Assembly (NCBI GenBank): GCA_009914755.4
Contig: CP068257.2
Span: 15,200,001 to 15,264,000, forward strand
Length of the DNA: 64,000 nt
Direction: 5' to 3'
From: the human T2T-CHM13v2.0 reference genome, Homo sapiens
Below are positions 39,908 through 52,110 of the stretch, one piece after another (within the stretch, counting starts at the first letter, position 1; the number at the start of each line of letters is the position of its first letter). A model generated the notes under the pieces. It saw only the letters and a program-made list of their open reading frames with translations. It ran no database searches and was not told where the DNA came from. Made by a program: the position numbers and the translations under genes.

Positions 39908-40104
39908 TTTTTTTTAACGTTCTTTTCCATGGAATACTATGCAGCCATAAAAAATGATGAGTTCATGTCCTTTGTAGGGACATGGATGAAATTGGAAATC
40001 ATCATTCTCAGTAAACTATCGCAAGAACAAAAAACCAAACACCGCATATTCTCACTCATAGGTGGGAATTGAACAATGAGAACACATGGACACAGGAAGG
40101 GGAA
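39908..40104 (-). mobile_element. Young-L1 (L1PA-like) 3'-region fragment flanked by 15-bp TSDs, with the poly(A) on the antisense side
   Basis: + strand reads T9-aacgttcttttc-ccatggaatactatgcagccataaaaaatgatgagttcatgtcctttgtagggacatggatgaaattggaaatcatcattctcagtaaactatcgcaagaacaaaaaaccaaacaccgcatattctcactcataggtgggaattgaacaatgagaacacatggacacaggaaggggaa, near-identical to the young L1PA ORF2 3' end. Direct repeats caaagtaaatctttc flank it at 39893-39907 and 40105-40119. The A-tail is on the minus strand, downstream of the L1-antisense segment. Confidence 0.8.
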
Positions 40105-40264
40105 CAAAGTAAATCTTTCAATGAATTAAGTTGCTTTCGAATTTTGGCTTAAAGAAATTATGCATCTTTTCTTTCACCTTATTGCCATGAAGAACATAAT
40201 ATATGTTAGTTTCTGATGAGTCAGAAACCACTCTAACAGTTAGTAGTTTTCAAACAACAATAAT

Positions 40265-40560
40265 TTATTATTTCATATGATTCTTCTTCTGGGCTGTTTC
40301 AGCTGAAGCTGGATGGTCTAGGATGGCTTCAGGCAGTTGACTCAATGTCACCTTGAGTGATGGAGGTGATTTGGCTATAATCATCCAGGAGGCTAGCCAG
40401 GGCTTGTTCACATGATGGCAATTGCAGAATTCCAAGTGCAGAAAATGAGGGCAAGCTCCAATATGCAAGTCTTTTAAAGCCTCTGCTTGTATCATATTTG
40501 TTCATGTCTCATTGACCAAAGTAATTCACATGACCAAGCCTAGAAAGAACAGGTAGATTC
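40265..40560 (+). repeat. Unclassified ancient interspersed repeat, copy A (homologous to 42010-42330)
   Basis: ...gcctctgcttgtatcatatttgttcatgtctcattgaccaaagtaattcacatgaccaagcctagaaagaacagg parallels ...agccactgcttatgtcacttttgatatgtccctttgcccaaagcaagtcacatggccaagcccagattcaagaaacag in copy B. Identity is roughly 70%, same orientation. The family is not identified (possibly LTR-like). Confidence 0.4.
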
Positions 40561-42009
40561 ACGAAATAGACCAACCGTTGATGGAAGGAACTACAAAATC
40601 AGGTTGTAAAATGATATGTATAAAGAGATGGAACATTTGTAGCAATTTTTAAAATCTACTGCAGACTGTTTTCAGCCACAAATTATATTCTCCTAAATGA
40701 AAAATATGCTTACTTCCAGAATTTCAGTAGTCTCATTCAATTATGTCATCTGGTTCAAAGTCCAGGTTCTTATAATTTGTTTCTAATATAGGTATAAATA
40801 TGACCCATTGGATGCAGCTGCTCTTCATCCAGAGACTTATAAACTAAAAATGTAAGTTACCAGTGGTCAACCAACCTAATATACAAGGGTGAGATGGGAG
40901 CAGAGTAATTGTAATAGATACTTCTGATCAGAAAAATGAGGAATGGGAGGCATAGAGCAGCCATTGGTCTAACAAATTCTGAAATCCATCCAGGCACATG
41001 TTAAAAGGATCCCCTGCTCTAAGTCTGTGTAAGCTCCTTGATTGAGTTCTATTTCGGCTCCTTGAGAGTGATTTGTCTGTCTGTTTTTCTCTGGATCTCT
41101 TGCCTCCACCTCTAGGATTTTCATCCTTCGAACTAGAAACGGCCATGATTCTCAGTCTGATTTCTGCCCCCAAAATGTTGGAAGCCTAGAAAACTTTCTT
41201 TTTGTAATTGATTTTAGTCCAAGCTGGCAGTGATTTGTTAGTATAATGGTCTTTAAAAACTCATGGATTGCCTATGGATCTGATTTACATCTATTGTATG
41301 TAATTTCTAAAATTCTCCACTTCCAAAATTCACATCTAAATCATTTCAAAACAGGCCTTCCTCCACTTTAGATGTGGTAGGCTGCTATGAAAAAAAAAAT
41401 GCCCTTAGAATTATTAGGAGACAATTTATCTTGCTGAGGACTCTTCTGTCCACCTTAGAACTTTTAGAGGTTTTTTAAAAATGAATCTTGTAACCAGCCA
41501 CATCTTTGTCTGTCTTTATACTAGGCCATTTCCTACTTTGTGAATTTTAACCAACGTGGGAGACAATTTATTTTTTGACCCAGCAATTCCTGGCTTCTTT
41601 TTATTTCTTCTAAAATCTGCTTGTAAACAAAACTGTTCATTTTTAAACTTATTCTGTCTGTTTCCATATTATTATATGCAGCTAACAGGGGCCAGTTGAC
41701 ACACTCAGCATCTATCATCAAATCTTTTTAGAGGCACAAGTTCATTAGGTACATTTTCTATCTTCCAAGTTTCTGCAGATGAAAGCTTTGCCAAATATTC
41801 CACTATAGCACAACTTTGTCTGCCACTGTCTCAACCTTCACTAACAGTTTCTTCACTGTTTTTTCAGCCTCCATCCAAAGCCAATACTATGTATTTTAGT
41901 ATTTTATTAGATGTTTTAGGTTTTGTTATAGCAACACCCCACACCGGGTACTAGTTTTTATATCAGTTAACTTCTGTTGTGTTAAACAACAATTTGCTTT
42001 AGACAGTAA

Positions 42010-42330
42010 ATATTTATTTTTATGCTTCAGCGGTTCACCTGGCTGGTTCTTGGTTCTTCTCTGAGCCAGATTCATTGGTGCTGGGTTTTCAGATAGCCTC
42101 ATTCATGTATCGGGCAGTAGGCTTGCTGTAAGTTGGATAGTGGCAATGACTTTGCCAACTGTTTCTTCATCCAGCAGGTTTATTTGGACTCATTCAGTGA
42201 TTACAACGTTCTCAAGATCAGAGAGAGAAGTCTCATTTTGGTTTTTAGCCACTGCTTATGTCACTTTTGATATGTCCCTTTGCCCAAAGCAAGTCACATG
42301 GCCAAGCCCAGATTCAAGAAACAGTGAAAA
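42010..42330 (+). repeat. Unclassified ancient interspersed repeat, copy B
   Basis: See copy A. Confidence 0.4.
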
Positions 42331-44342
42331 GGTTTCCACCTTCTGATGAATGGAGCTGCAAAGTAACATTACAAAGGGAAGGATGCATAAAAAGGCAGAA
42401 GAATGTCCAGCCATTTTTGCAGTCTATCACAGCAAGCATATTTTATGTAAGACCTGAGTATAATTTTTTATTGCTAATCTAATCATTAGAGTTTGCTAAA
42501 TTTCCTATGCTATGTTTATGGGAAAGATTATTATTGTTTCCATAAATTATGTAAGGCTATGAGAATATAAACGTATGTGTTTAACTGAATGGAATTATAA
42601 ATATTAATACCCTTTAAAAGAACTTGTGAAGTGGAACCTATGTTGCAAATCCTGTGAACTTAATCACTAATACTCCGCCTACTCTATCTTAGTGAAATTA
42701 TAAAAGGTTATCTCTCTGAGAAACAGTTTATATCCATTTTGATTGTGTTGTTCTGTAGGGGCAATTTAAATGCAATTTCCAAGATTATTAATTGACTTTA
42801 AGACTTTGGGCTAGTATTAAATTAAGTTAATGAACAAGTAATCCCTCTAATTAAAGTAAAAATTTCAGCAAGTTATGTGCATCATCTTATGCTGGTAAGT
42901 TAATATTTTCAAGCTAAAGTTGAAAGCTTTAATTTAGTATCTGATCATACATTTTTATAAGGTTATGTAAACATATCCAAATTACTAGACAAATAAAGCT
43001 TGGTATGATAAAGAGTAGAGGATTAATAATTTAAAATTGGTCTGGAAGTATTTAGCCATTTCATAAAAAAGGCTAATGGATTATTCTGTGTAATCAGCCC
43101 AGATTGCAGAGTTTTCTTAACCCATCAGAATTCTCTCTCCTGCAATCCTGTTGTTTTCATCCTACTTATAAATTATTTGATAATAAACAATAAAATGTTT
43201 CACTTCTGAAATAAGTAGTTTTATGTTACCTTCTTCTATTATTTAATATACCATCACTCTAATAGAACTCAAGACTACAATAATTTACCCATGACTTATT
43301 CTCATATTTTGATATAGTGATCAGTGTCCTCTCACCAATCTTTTTGATATTGCGTTTCCCAAACTCAAGCATGAAATTTAAAATAATAAAACTGTTTAGA
43401 TATATTTGACATCCTTACTCTTTTGTGCAATATTTGCTCATTTTCCTTCTAACGAGGAGTGACTAGAAATAATTAGATAGGTTTGGTATTTTCTATTGTT
43501 TATTAGATCACCACAATTGTGAAAGAGAGCCATTCTATTTGTCAAACCAACAGTATAGGAAGAGCTGTCAAATCAAAAAGAGAAGCTCAACTTCCATAGG
43601 TCAATTATGTACAAGTAAGATACTGTTAATAAGAACTTATTTCCAGTCATTCGGTTTCAGGATAGACTGAAGTGTTCTCACGTTCATGTGCAAAGCCTGG
43701 CATGATATTGCTAGAACAAATCGATTCTTTAAAATGTTGTCTTTAGGTTTTTAATACCCTTCTCAGCTGGCTGCACATGTAACACATATTCTACTGAATG
43801 GCTCGAAAGCTCTGGAGGTTTTTCAGTGTCCCTAGTGTTCACATTATGTTCTTATATACAGGGTAAACTTTAACTGGATCCTTTCTAAAAAATGATAGAT
43901 TATGCCTCAACAGGAAATTTTAATCTCCTCTGTTCTTATATTTTTGGTGACTATTATAAAATTTACAGTGAGCATTCAGTCATGTCATATAAAACATGTT
44001 CCCCTCAACCACAACATTGCCCTTAAAGCTCATGCTATATAAGCTATAGGAAAGAAATTACATCTTTTGGGGGAAACTTCTAAGGAATGATAATCTCAGT
44101 AAGGACTATATCAGCTACTGTAGGCTCTTGGTAGTTAAAGGAGTAGATTAATGCTTACAAGAGTCCCGGTGTAAGCTGCCATTACCACCTGCCAGACTAT
44201 GCCAGAGGACTAAATCAGAATTTCCAAAACACCATGGTCCAGGAGTGGATGGCTTCCTGCATGCTTATTGATGCCTTTGGTTCTGAAGGGATAAAAATTA
44301 ATTATGCGAGACTAAATGAAACTGATAACAAGATTTCAGTTG

Positions 44343-44640
44343 TTTTTTGTTTTTGGTTTTGAGACGGGGTCTCAGTCTATCACCCAAGCTGGAGTACAGT
44401 GACATAATCGTAGCTCACTGCAGCTTCAACTTCCCAGACTCAAGGGATCCTCCCAGTTTAGCCTCCCAAGTAGCTGGGACCACAGATGGATACCACAATG
44501 CCCAGCTAATTTTGACTTTTCTGGAGAGACGGGGTCTCCCTCTGTTGCCCAGGCTAGTCTCAACCTCCTGAACTCAAGCATTCCTCCTGCCTCTGCCTCC
44601 CAATGTGCTGAGATTACAGGAATGAGATAGCACATGTGGC
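44343..44640 (-). mobile_element. Alu (AluJ-like), minus strand, interrupted T-rich tract at left
   Basis: The + strand reads ttttttgtttttggttttgagacggggtctcagtctatcacccaagctggagtacagtgacataatcgtagctcactgcagc...cctcccaagtagctgggaccacagatgg...ctgagattacaggaatgag. This is the Alu antisense. The track ORFs 44347..44571(+) and 44426..44635(-) are Alu translations. Confidence 0.95.
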
Positions 44641-46099
44641 TTAATTGGTATTTTTAATTGAAATATTGATGGTATTGTTTATAATGTTCAAAATTCTGAT
44701 GGTCATCTGGAGGAAGTCTTTTTCCTTTTTATCATATATGTAAAACCCTTGTTTCAGCAAAATAAATTTGTACAAACTGGAATAAAACACTTTTATAATT
44801 TCCTCTAACTCACCATTCAGAATTCAAGAAAGGTGTTCTATGAGAAATATTAAAAAATTATAACCCTATGAAGCAAAGATGGATAATTATGTAGAATATT
44901 AATGCTTATTGATGGTTTTGTCTGGAAAACTGTTCAAAATGTATTCAAAAATGCTCAAACTGGCATTAAAACCTATATTAACAGATGTACTCTATATTTA
45001 TGAAATTTTTTCTCATACTTCCTACCAGGATAAAATCAGATAAAATATGTAAGAAATATTACATTTAAAGGCAAATCTTATTTAATTAACTAAGACAAGT
45101 CCACAGTTAAATAAAAAGGACAGTGTGTAAATAATGCCTACAAAATCATTTCAAGACATTTCTCTCCACCTACTCTGTAGCTCATTGAGCTTATCCTTAC
45201 ATGTAATCAAGACATCACTTTCTAGAAAATCAGAAACATTGGTAAACTTAGGGATCTCAAATTTGGATTTGAGGGGAATTTTCCTATAGTTAAAAGCACT
45301 GAGGGTAAAACACAAAAGAGGCAAATTGAATGGTTCTTGGTTCTACTCTTTGGAATACAGGAACTGGTGAAAACAATAAAGGTATTTATGATATAATAAA
45401 TGTGACTTGAAAAATGTCACCAGGGGATCTGCAAAGCTAATAAATAAAAGTAAATTCCCTAATCTTAATATTGTATGATTCTAGCTATGTTAAATATTGT
45501 AACAAGAATGTCTTTGAATATTTATCAAACTGCAAAGCAAGAAAACAGTTCTGAAGGAGAAATACATAAATTAATACTACTGAATCAAAATATTGGAAAG
45601 CAAATTTGTGGTCAAATTTGTGCCTTAGGGAGGACTAGGACTACAACTAGGGTCTGACTTCACTCTTTCTGACTTACTTTTTTTTTTTTATTAAATCTTT
45701 TCTAAGACATGGTTTATGATTTAGAGATGGGCCCTGAAAAGCAGAAGCTTTCTCTTATCAGGCATTTCTACAAAGGTAATGAAAAGCAACAGAGTCCTTA
45801 TGAAATCCCTGTTTCCTGAAACAAGCTCTAAATGAGAGAGGGTGTTTTGCTACACAAACCCCGGGAAATTCTGGTTTTGTTTTATTGAAGAAACCAACCC
45901 AAATATTATGATATCAAAATGTTTCATGGTCAAATAATAATTTGAACTATAAATGCTCTGATTTTTCTCTGATTATTCTGTTAGCCTACTTGAAAGCTAA
46001 ATGCCCTTGCATAATATCCTTATGAAAACCTTTACTCAGCAACCAAAATTACCTATTTGGATTTCTTATTTTTAATATGTAAAAATGATTTGTTGTTTG

Positions 46100-46700
46100 T
46101 CATTAGAGTTATTTGTATGCATACATAAAAATATGGGTACAATTTCTGACTATATGGAAATCAACATATTCCTACACTCATGCCATGTCTTCTATGAGGG
46201 CTCCTACTGTGCTGATTTTACCACCTATTGTAGGCAGACTAATGCCCTTTCCACCCAAAGATGCCCATGTCCTAATCTCCAACTGGTGAATACGTTAGGT
46301 TATATGGCAAAGGGAAATTCAGGTTGTCAATGAAATTGAGGTTGCTAATCAAGTGACCTTAAAATGAGGAAATTTTCTTACTGGGTGGGGCCAATCTAAT
46401 AACAGGTGGGGGATAAGTCAAATTCAGAGAGCTATTTGAACATGCTATGCTGCTGGCATTGAAGGTGGTGGAAGAAGCCATAAGCCAGGGAATGTAGGTG
46501 GTCACTAGAAGCTGGGAAAAGCAAGGAAATAGATTATCTCCAAGAGACTTCAGAAAGGAATACAACCCTGATGATGCCTTGATTTAGCCCAAGGGGACCA
46601 GTTTCAGACTTCTGAAGTCAAGAACTGCATGATAATAAAACATGTGTTGTTTTAAGCCACTAAAGTTGTGGTTATTTATTATAACAGGTATAGCAAATTA
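46100..46700 (+). repeat. Ancient interspersed repeat, probably LTR-like (MaLR/MLT-type), low confidence
   Basis: Ends with ...gacttctgaagtcaagaactgcatgataataaaacatgtgttgttttaagccactaaagttgtggttatttattataacagg. The ...gtgttgttttaagccactaagtttgtggtaatttgttacagc... terminus is characteristic of a common old human repeat family whose name I cannot place with certainty. Confidence 0.35.
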
Positions 46701-47026
46701 ATACACTTCAGTATTTCTGATACTCATTAGGATAATAGTCCAAATCCCTCCCATGTCCTAAGAGGCATTGCATAAACAAGTCCCTTCTTCCCCTCTCATG
46801 GCATCTTGCCACATTCCTCTCTTTGTTACTGTGCTCAAGCAATGCTAACATTCTCTCATTTCCTTGAATGTGCCAAATTCTTCTACCAGAGGATGTTTGC
46901 CCTTGCCATTCCTTTGTCTAGATTGTTTCTCCTCCTACTCTTTGCTAGACTGGCTCTTTCTCATTCTTCAAGTTGTGGGTGTATGTTATCTTTACAGTAA
47001 GGCATCTGTGACCACTCTTAAAATAT

Positions 47027-47050
47027 CTCACACACACACACGCACACATA
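47027..47050. repeat. (CA)n microsatellite immediately upstream of the HERV-H 5' LTR
   Basis: cacacacacacgcacacataca. Confidence 0.9.
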
Positions 47051-47073
47051 CAGAGCTTTTCTAGTATTCTTAT

Positions 47074-47477
47074 TGTCAGGCCTCTGAGCCCAAGCTAAGC
47101 CATCATATCCCCTGTGACCTGCAGGTACACATCCAGGTGGCTGGTTCCTGCCTTAACTGATGACATTCCACCACCAAAGAAGTGAAAATGGCCTGTTCCT
47201 GCCTTAACTGATGACATTGTCTTGTGAAATTCCTTCTCCTGGCTCATCCTGGCTCAAAAACTCCCCCACTGAGTACCTTGTGACACCCAGTCCTGCCCAC
47301 CAGAGAACAACTCCCCTTTTTCCTTTACCTACCCAAATCCTATAAAAGGGCCCCACCCCTATCTTCCTTTGCTGACTCTCTTTTCAGACTCAGCCCACCT
47401 GCACCCAGGTGAAATAAACAGCTTTATTGCTCACACAAAGCCTGTTTGGTGGTCTCTTCACATGGACGGGCATGAAA
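47074..47477 (+). promoter_or_regulatory. HERV-H 5' LTR (LTR7 family; U3-R-U5; TATA-like tataaaag at ~47340; aataaa at ~47413)
   Basis: Sequence identity to the LTR7 consensus. It contains cctataaaagggcccc and gaaataaacagctttattgc. Confidence 0.9.
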
Positions 47478-47479
47478 TT

Positions 47480-47497
47480 TGTTGCCGTGACTCAGAT
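47480..47497 (+). promoter_or_regulatory. Primer-binding site complementary to the tRNA-His 3' end (1 mismatch)
   Basis: tgttgccgtgactcagat versus the canonical HERV-H PBS tggtgccgtgactcggat, two nt after the LTR end. Confidence 0.85.
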
Positions 47498-47899
47498 TGG
47501 GGGACCTCCCTTCGGAGATCGATCCCCTGTCCTCCTGCTCTTTGCTCCGTGAGAAAGGTCCACCTACAACCTCAGGTCCTCAGACCGATCAGCCCAAGAA
47601 ACATCTCACCAATTTCAAATCCAGTAAGCGGCCTCTTTTAACTCTCTTCTCCAACCTCTCTCACTGTCCCTCAACCTCTTTCTCCTTTCAATCTTGGCGC
47701 CACACTTCAATTTCTCCCTTCTCTTAATTTTAATTCCTTTCATTTTCTGGTAGAGACAAAGGAGACACGTTTTATCCGTGGACCCAAAACTCCGGTGCTG
47801 GTCACAGACTAGGGATGGCAGCCTTCCCTTTGTGTTTAATCATTGCAGGGATGCCTCTCTGATTATTCACCCAGGTTTCAGAGGTGTCAGACCACGCAG

Positions 47900-48235
47900 G
47901 GATGCCTGCCTTGGTCCTTCACCCTTAGTGGCAAGTCCTGTTTTTCTGGGGGAGGGGCAAGTACCCCAACCCCTTCTCTCCGTGTCTCTACCCCTTCTCC
48001 ACTTTTCTGGGGGAGGGGCAAGAACCCCTCAACCCCTTCTCCTTCACCCTTAGCAGCAAGTTCCATTTATCTAGGGGGCAAGAAACCCCAATCCCTTATT
48101 TCCATGCCCCGACCTCTTATCTCTGCACCCCAATCCTTATTTCTGTGCCCCAAAGTCTTATCTCTGCACCCCAACCCCTTATTTCCACACCCCAACCCCT
48201 TTCCCACTTTTCTGGAGGGTAAGAACCCCTGAACC
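47900..48235 (+). repeat. Tandem repeat array (~55-70-bp units, 5-6 copies) in the HERV-H leader
   Basis: Repeated units of the form cc(c)cttctc(c)...ctttt(c)tgg(g)ggaggggcaag(a/t)acccc(a/t)aaccccttctcc / cttatttc(c/t)gtgccccaa.. They produce the proline-rich track ORFs 47778..48053 and 47843..48232, which are artefacts of repeat translation. Confidence 0.75.
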
Positions 48236-49190
48236 CCTTCCCTCCATGTCTCTACTCTCTCTTTTCTCTGGGCTTGCTTCCGTCACTATAGGCAACCTTC
48301 CACCCTCCATTCCTGCTTCTTCTCTCTTAGCCAGTGTTCTCAAGAACTTAAAACCTCTTCAACTCACACCTGACCTAAAACCTAAATGCCTTATTTTCTT
48401 CTACAATGCCACTTGACCCCAATACAAACTTGACAGTGGTTCCAAATAGCCAGAAAATGGCATTTCCATTTTTTCCATCCTACAAGATCTAAATAATTCT
48501 TGTTGTAAAATAGCCAAATAGTCTGAGGTGCCTGACGTCCAGGCATTCTTTTACACATCAGTCCCTCCCTAGTCTCTGTTCCCAATGCAACTCATCCCAA
48601 ATCTTCCTTCTTTCCCTTCCACCTGTCCCCTCAGTCCCAACCCCAAGTGTTGCTGAGTCTTTCTAATCTTCCTTTTCTACAGACCCATCTGATCTCTCCC
48701 CTTCTAGCCAGGCCAAGCTAGGTCCTAATTCTTCCTCAGCCTCCACTCCTCCACCCTATAATCCTTTTATCACCTCCCCTCCTCACACGCTGTCCAGGTT
48801 ACAGTTTCCTTCCGTGACTAGCCCTCCCCCACCTGCCCAGCAGTTTACTCTTAAAAAGGTGGCTGGAGCTAAAGGCATAGTCAAGGTTAATGCTCCTGTT
48901 TCTTTATCCCAAATCAGATAGCGTTTAGGCTCTTTTTCATCAAATATAAAAACCCAGCCCAGTTCATGGCTCATTTGGCAGCAACCCTGAGATGCTTTAC
49001 AGCCCTAGACCCTAAAAAGTCAAGAGGCCGTCTTATTCTTAATACACATTTTATTACCCAATCTGCTCCTGACATTAAATAAAACTCCAAAAATTAAATT
49101 CCGGCCCTCAAACCCCACAACAGGACTTAATTAACCTTGCCCTCAAGGTGTGCAATAATAGAGGCAGCCAAGTAGCAACATATTTCTGAG

Positions 49191-49502
49191 TTGCAATTCC
49201 TTGCCTCCACTGTGAGACAAACCCCAGCCACATCTCCAGCACGCAAGAACTTCCAAATGCCTAAACCACAGTGGCCAGGCATTCCTCCAGAACTGCCTCC
49301 CCCAGGAGCTTGCTACAAGTGCCAGAAATCTGGCCACCAGGCCAAGGAATGCCTGCAGCCTGGGATTCCTCCTAAGCCATGTCCCATCTGTGTGGGATCC
49401 CACTGGAAATCAGACTGTTCAACTCACCTGGTAGCCACTCCCAGGGCCCCTGGAACTCTGGCCCAAGGCTCTCTGACTCCTTCCCAGATCTTCTCGGCTT
49501 AG
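49191..49502 (+). pseudogene. HERV-H gag nucleocapsid remnant with two CCHC zinc knuckles
   Basis: The track ORF contains CYKCQKSGHQAKEC and CPICVGSHWKSDC (CX2CX4HX4C twice). Confidence 0.85.
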
Positions 49503-49582
49503 CGGCTGAAGACTAACACTGCCTGATTACCTCGGAAGCCCTGTAGACCATCACGGACACCGAGCTTTAAGTAACTCTCACA

Positions 49583-49807
49583 GTGGAGGGTAAGTCCGTC
49601 CCCTTCTTAATCAATACAGAGGCTACCCACTCCACATTACCTTCTTTTCAAGGGCCTGTTTCCCTTGCCTCCATAACTGACAGCCAGGCTTCTAAACCTC
49701 TTAAAACTCCCCAAACTGGTGCCAACTTAGACAATACTCTTTTAAGCACTCCTTTTAGTTATCCCCACCTGCCCAGTTCCTTTATTAGGCCGAGACACTT
49801 TAACTAA
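49583..49807 (+). pseudogene. HERV-H protease remnant (active site DTG degraded to NTE)
   Basis: ...VPFLINTEATHSTLP corresponds to the retroviral PR motif L(I/V)DTGA(T/S)HS. Confidence 0.7.
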
Positions 49808-50189
49808 ATTATCTGCTTCCCTAACTATTCCTGGACTACAGCTATATCTCATTGCTGCCCTTCTTCCCAATCCAAAGCCTCCTTTGCATCCTCCTCTTGT
49901 ATTACCCCACCTTAACCCACAAGTATAAGATACCTCTACTCCCTCCTTGGCGACCAATCATGCACCCCTTACCATCTCTTTAAAACCTAATCACTCTTAC
50001 CCTGCTCAATGCCAATATCCCATCCCACAGCATGCTTAGAAAGGATTAAAGCCTGTTATCACTCACCTGCCACACCATGGCCTTTTAAAGCCTGTAAACT
50101 CTCCTTACAATTCCCCCATTTTTCCTGTCCTAAAACCAGAAAAGCCTTACAGGTTAGTTCAAGACCTGCACCTTATCAACCAAATAGTT

Positions 50190-51197
50190 TTGCCTATCCG
50201 CCCCATGGTGCCAAACCCATATACTCTCCTATCCTCAATACCTCCCTCCACAATCCATTATTCTGTTCTGGATCTCAAACATGCTTTCTTTACTATTCCT
50301 TTGCACCCTTCATCCCAGCCTCTCTTTGCTTTCACCTGGACTCACCCTGACACCCATCAGTCCCAGCAGCTTACCTGGGCTGTGCTGCCACAAGGTTTCA
50401 AGGACGGCCCTCATTACTTCAGCCAAGCTCTTTCTCATGATTTACTTTCTTTCTACCCCTCCGCTTCTCACTTTATTCAATATATTGATGACCTTCTTCT
50501 TTGTAGCCCCTCCTTTGAATCTTCTCCACAAGACACACTTCTGCCCCTTCAGCATTTATTCTCCAAAGGATATCAGGTATCCCCCTCCAGAGCTCAAATT
50601 TCTTCTCCAACTGTTACCTACCTCAGCATAATTCTTCATAAAAATACACGTGCTCTCCCTGCCGATAGTGTCTGGCTAATCTCCCAAAGCCCAATCCCTT
50701 CTACAAAACAACAACTCCTTTCCTTCCTAGGCATGGTTGGATACTTTCACCTGTGGATACCTGGTTTTGCCATCCTGACAAAATCATTATATAAATTCAC
50801 AAAAGGAAACCTAGCTGACCCCATAGATCCTAAATCCTTTCCCCCGTTCTCTTTCCATTCCTTGAAGACAGCTTTAGAGACTGCCCCCACTCTAGCTCTC
50901 CCTAACTCATGCCAATCGTTTTCATTACACACAGCCGAAGTGCAGGGCTGTGCAGTCAGAATTCTTACACAAGGACCGGGATCGCATCCTGTAGCCTTTT
51001 TGTCCAAACAACTTGACCTTACTGTTTTAGGTTGGTCATCATGTCTCCGTGCAGCAGCTGCTGCCGCCCTAATACTTTTAGAGGCCCTTAAAATCACAAA
51101 CTGTGCTCAACTCACTCTCTACAGCTCTCATAATTTCCAAAATCCATTTTCTTCCAAACACCTGACACATATACTTTCTGCTCCCTGGCTCCTTTAG
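50190..51197 (+). pseudogene. HERV-H pol reverse-transcriptase domain, 335-aa uninterrupted ORF
   Basis: Gammaretrovirus-type RT motifs: VLDLKHAFFTIPLHP (LDLKDAFF), LPQGFKDGPHYF (LPQGFKNSP), and the catalytic YIDDLLL at 50481-50501. It lacks an evident natural start context and is embedded in a degraded pol. Confidence 0.9.
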
Positions 51198-51759
51198 CTG
51201 TACTCACTCTTTGTTGAGTCTCCCACAATTACCATTGTTCCTGGCCCAACTTCAATCCGGCCTCCCACATTATTCCTGATACCACACCTGACCCTCATGA
51301 CTGCATCTCTCTGATCCACCTGACATTCACCCCATTTCCCCACATTTCCTTCTTCCCTGTTTCTCACCCTGATCACACTTGGTTTATTGATGGTAGTTCC
51401 ACCAGGCCTAATCACCACACACCAGCAAAGGCAGGCTATGCTATAGTACAAGCCACTAGCCCGCGTCTTAAAACCTCTCATTTCCTTTCCATCATAGAAA
51501 TCTGTCCTCAAGTAAATAACTTCTCAGTGTTCCATCTGCTATTCTACTACCCCTCAGGGATTATTCAGGCCCCCTCCCTTCCCTACACATCAAGCTCAGG
51601 GATTTGACCCCACCCAGGACTGGCAAATTAGCTTTACTCAACATGCCCCGAGTCACAAAAACTAAAACACCTCTTAGTCTAAGCAGACACTTTCACTAGA
51701 TAGGTAGAAGCCTTTCCTACAGGGTCTGAGAAGGCCACTGCAGTCATTTCTTCCCTTCT

Positions 51760-52110
51760 GTCAGACATAATTCCTCAGTTTAGCCTTCCCACCGCTATAC
51801 AGTCTGATAACTGACCAGCCTTTATTAGTCAATCAGCCAAGCAGTTTTTCAGGCTCTTAGTATTCAGTGAAATCTTTATATTCCTTACAGTCCTCAGTCC
51901 TCAGGAAAAGTAGAACAGACTAAAGGTCTTTTAAAAACACACCTCACCAAGCTCAGCCACCAACTTAAAAAAGAACAGACAATACTTTTACCACTTTCCC
52001 TTCTCAGAATTCAGGTGTGTCCTCAGAATGCTACAAAGTACAGCCCATTTAAGCTCCTGTATAGATGCACCTTTTTATTAGGCCCCCGTCTCATTCCAGA
52101 CACCAGACCA
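51760..52110 (+). pseudogene. HERV-H integrase core remnant
   Basis: QSDN.PAFISQSAKQ...PQSSGKVEQTKGLLKTHLTKL...LLRIQVCPQNATKYSPFKLLY parallels the gammaretroviral IN (GSDNGPAF...PQSSGQVERMN..TLTKL..LLRAR.TP...G.TPFEILYG), with stops. Confidence 0.75.

Noticed and set aside
47778-48232. Proline-rich 91-aa and 129-aa ORFs
   Set aside because: They are translations of the tandem repeat array in the HERV-H leader. They show periodic repeats (..PSP(L)LFWGRGKNPSTPSPSP..), no start context, and overlap each other in different frames.
50190-51197. Calling the 335-aa HERV-H RT ORF a functional CDS
   Set aside because: It is clearly RT by motif, but it is an internal fragment of a degraded pol. PR upstream is mutated at the active site and IN downstream has stops. 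There is no gag-pol continuity or plausible translation context, so it is annotated as a pseudogene or remnant.
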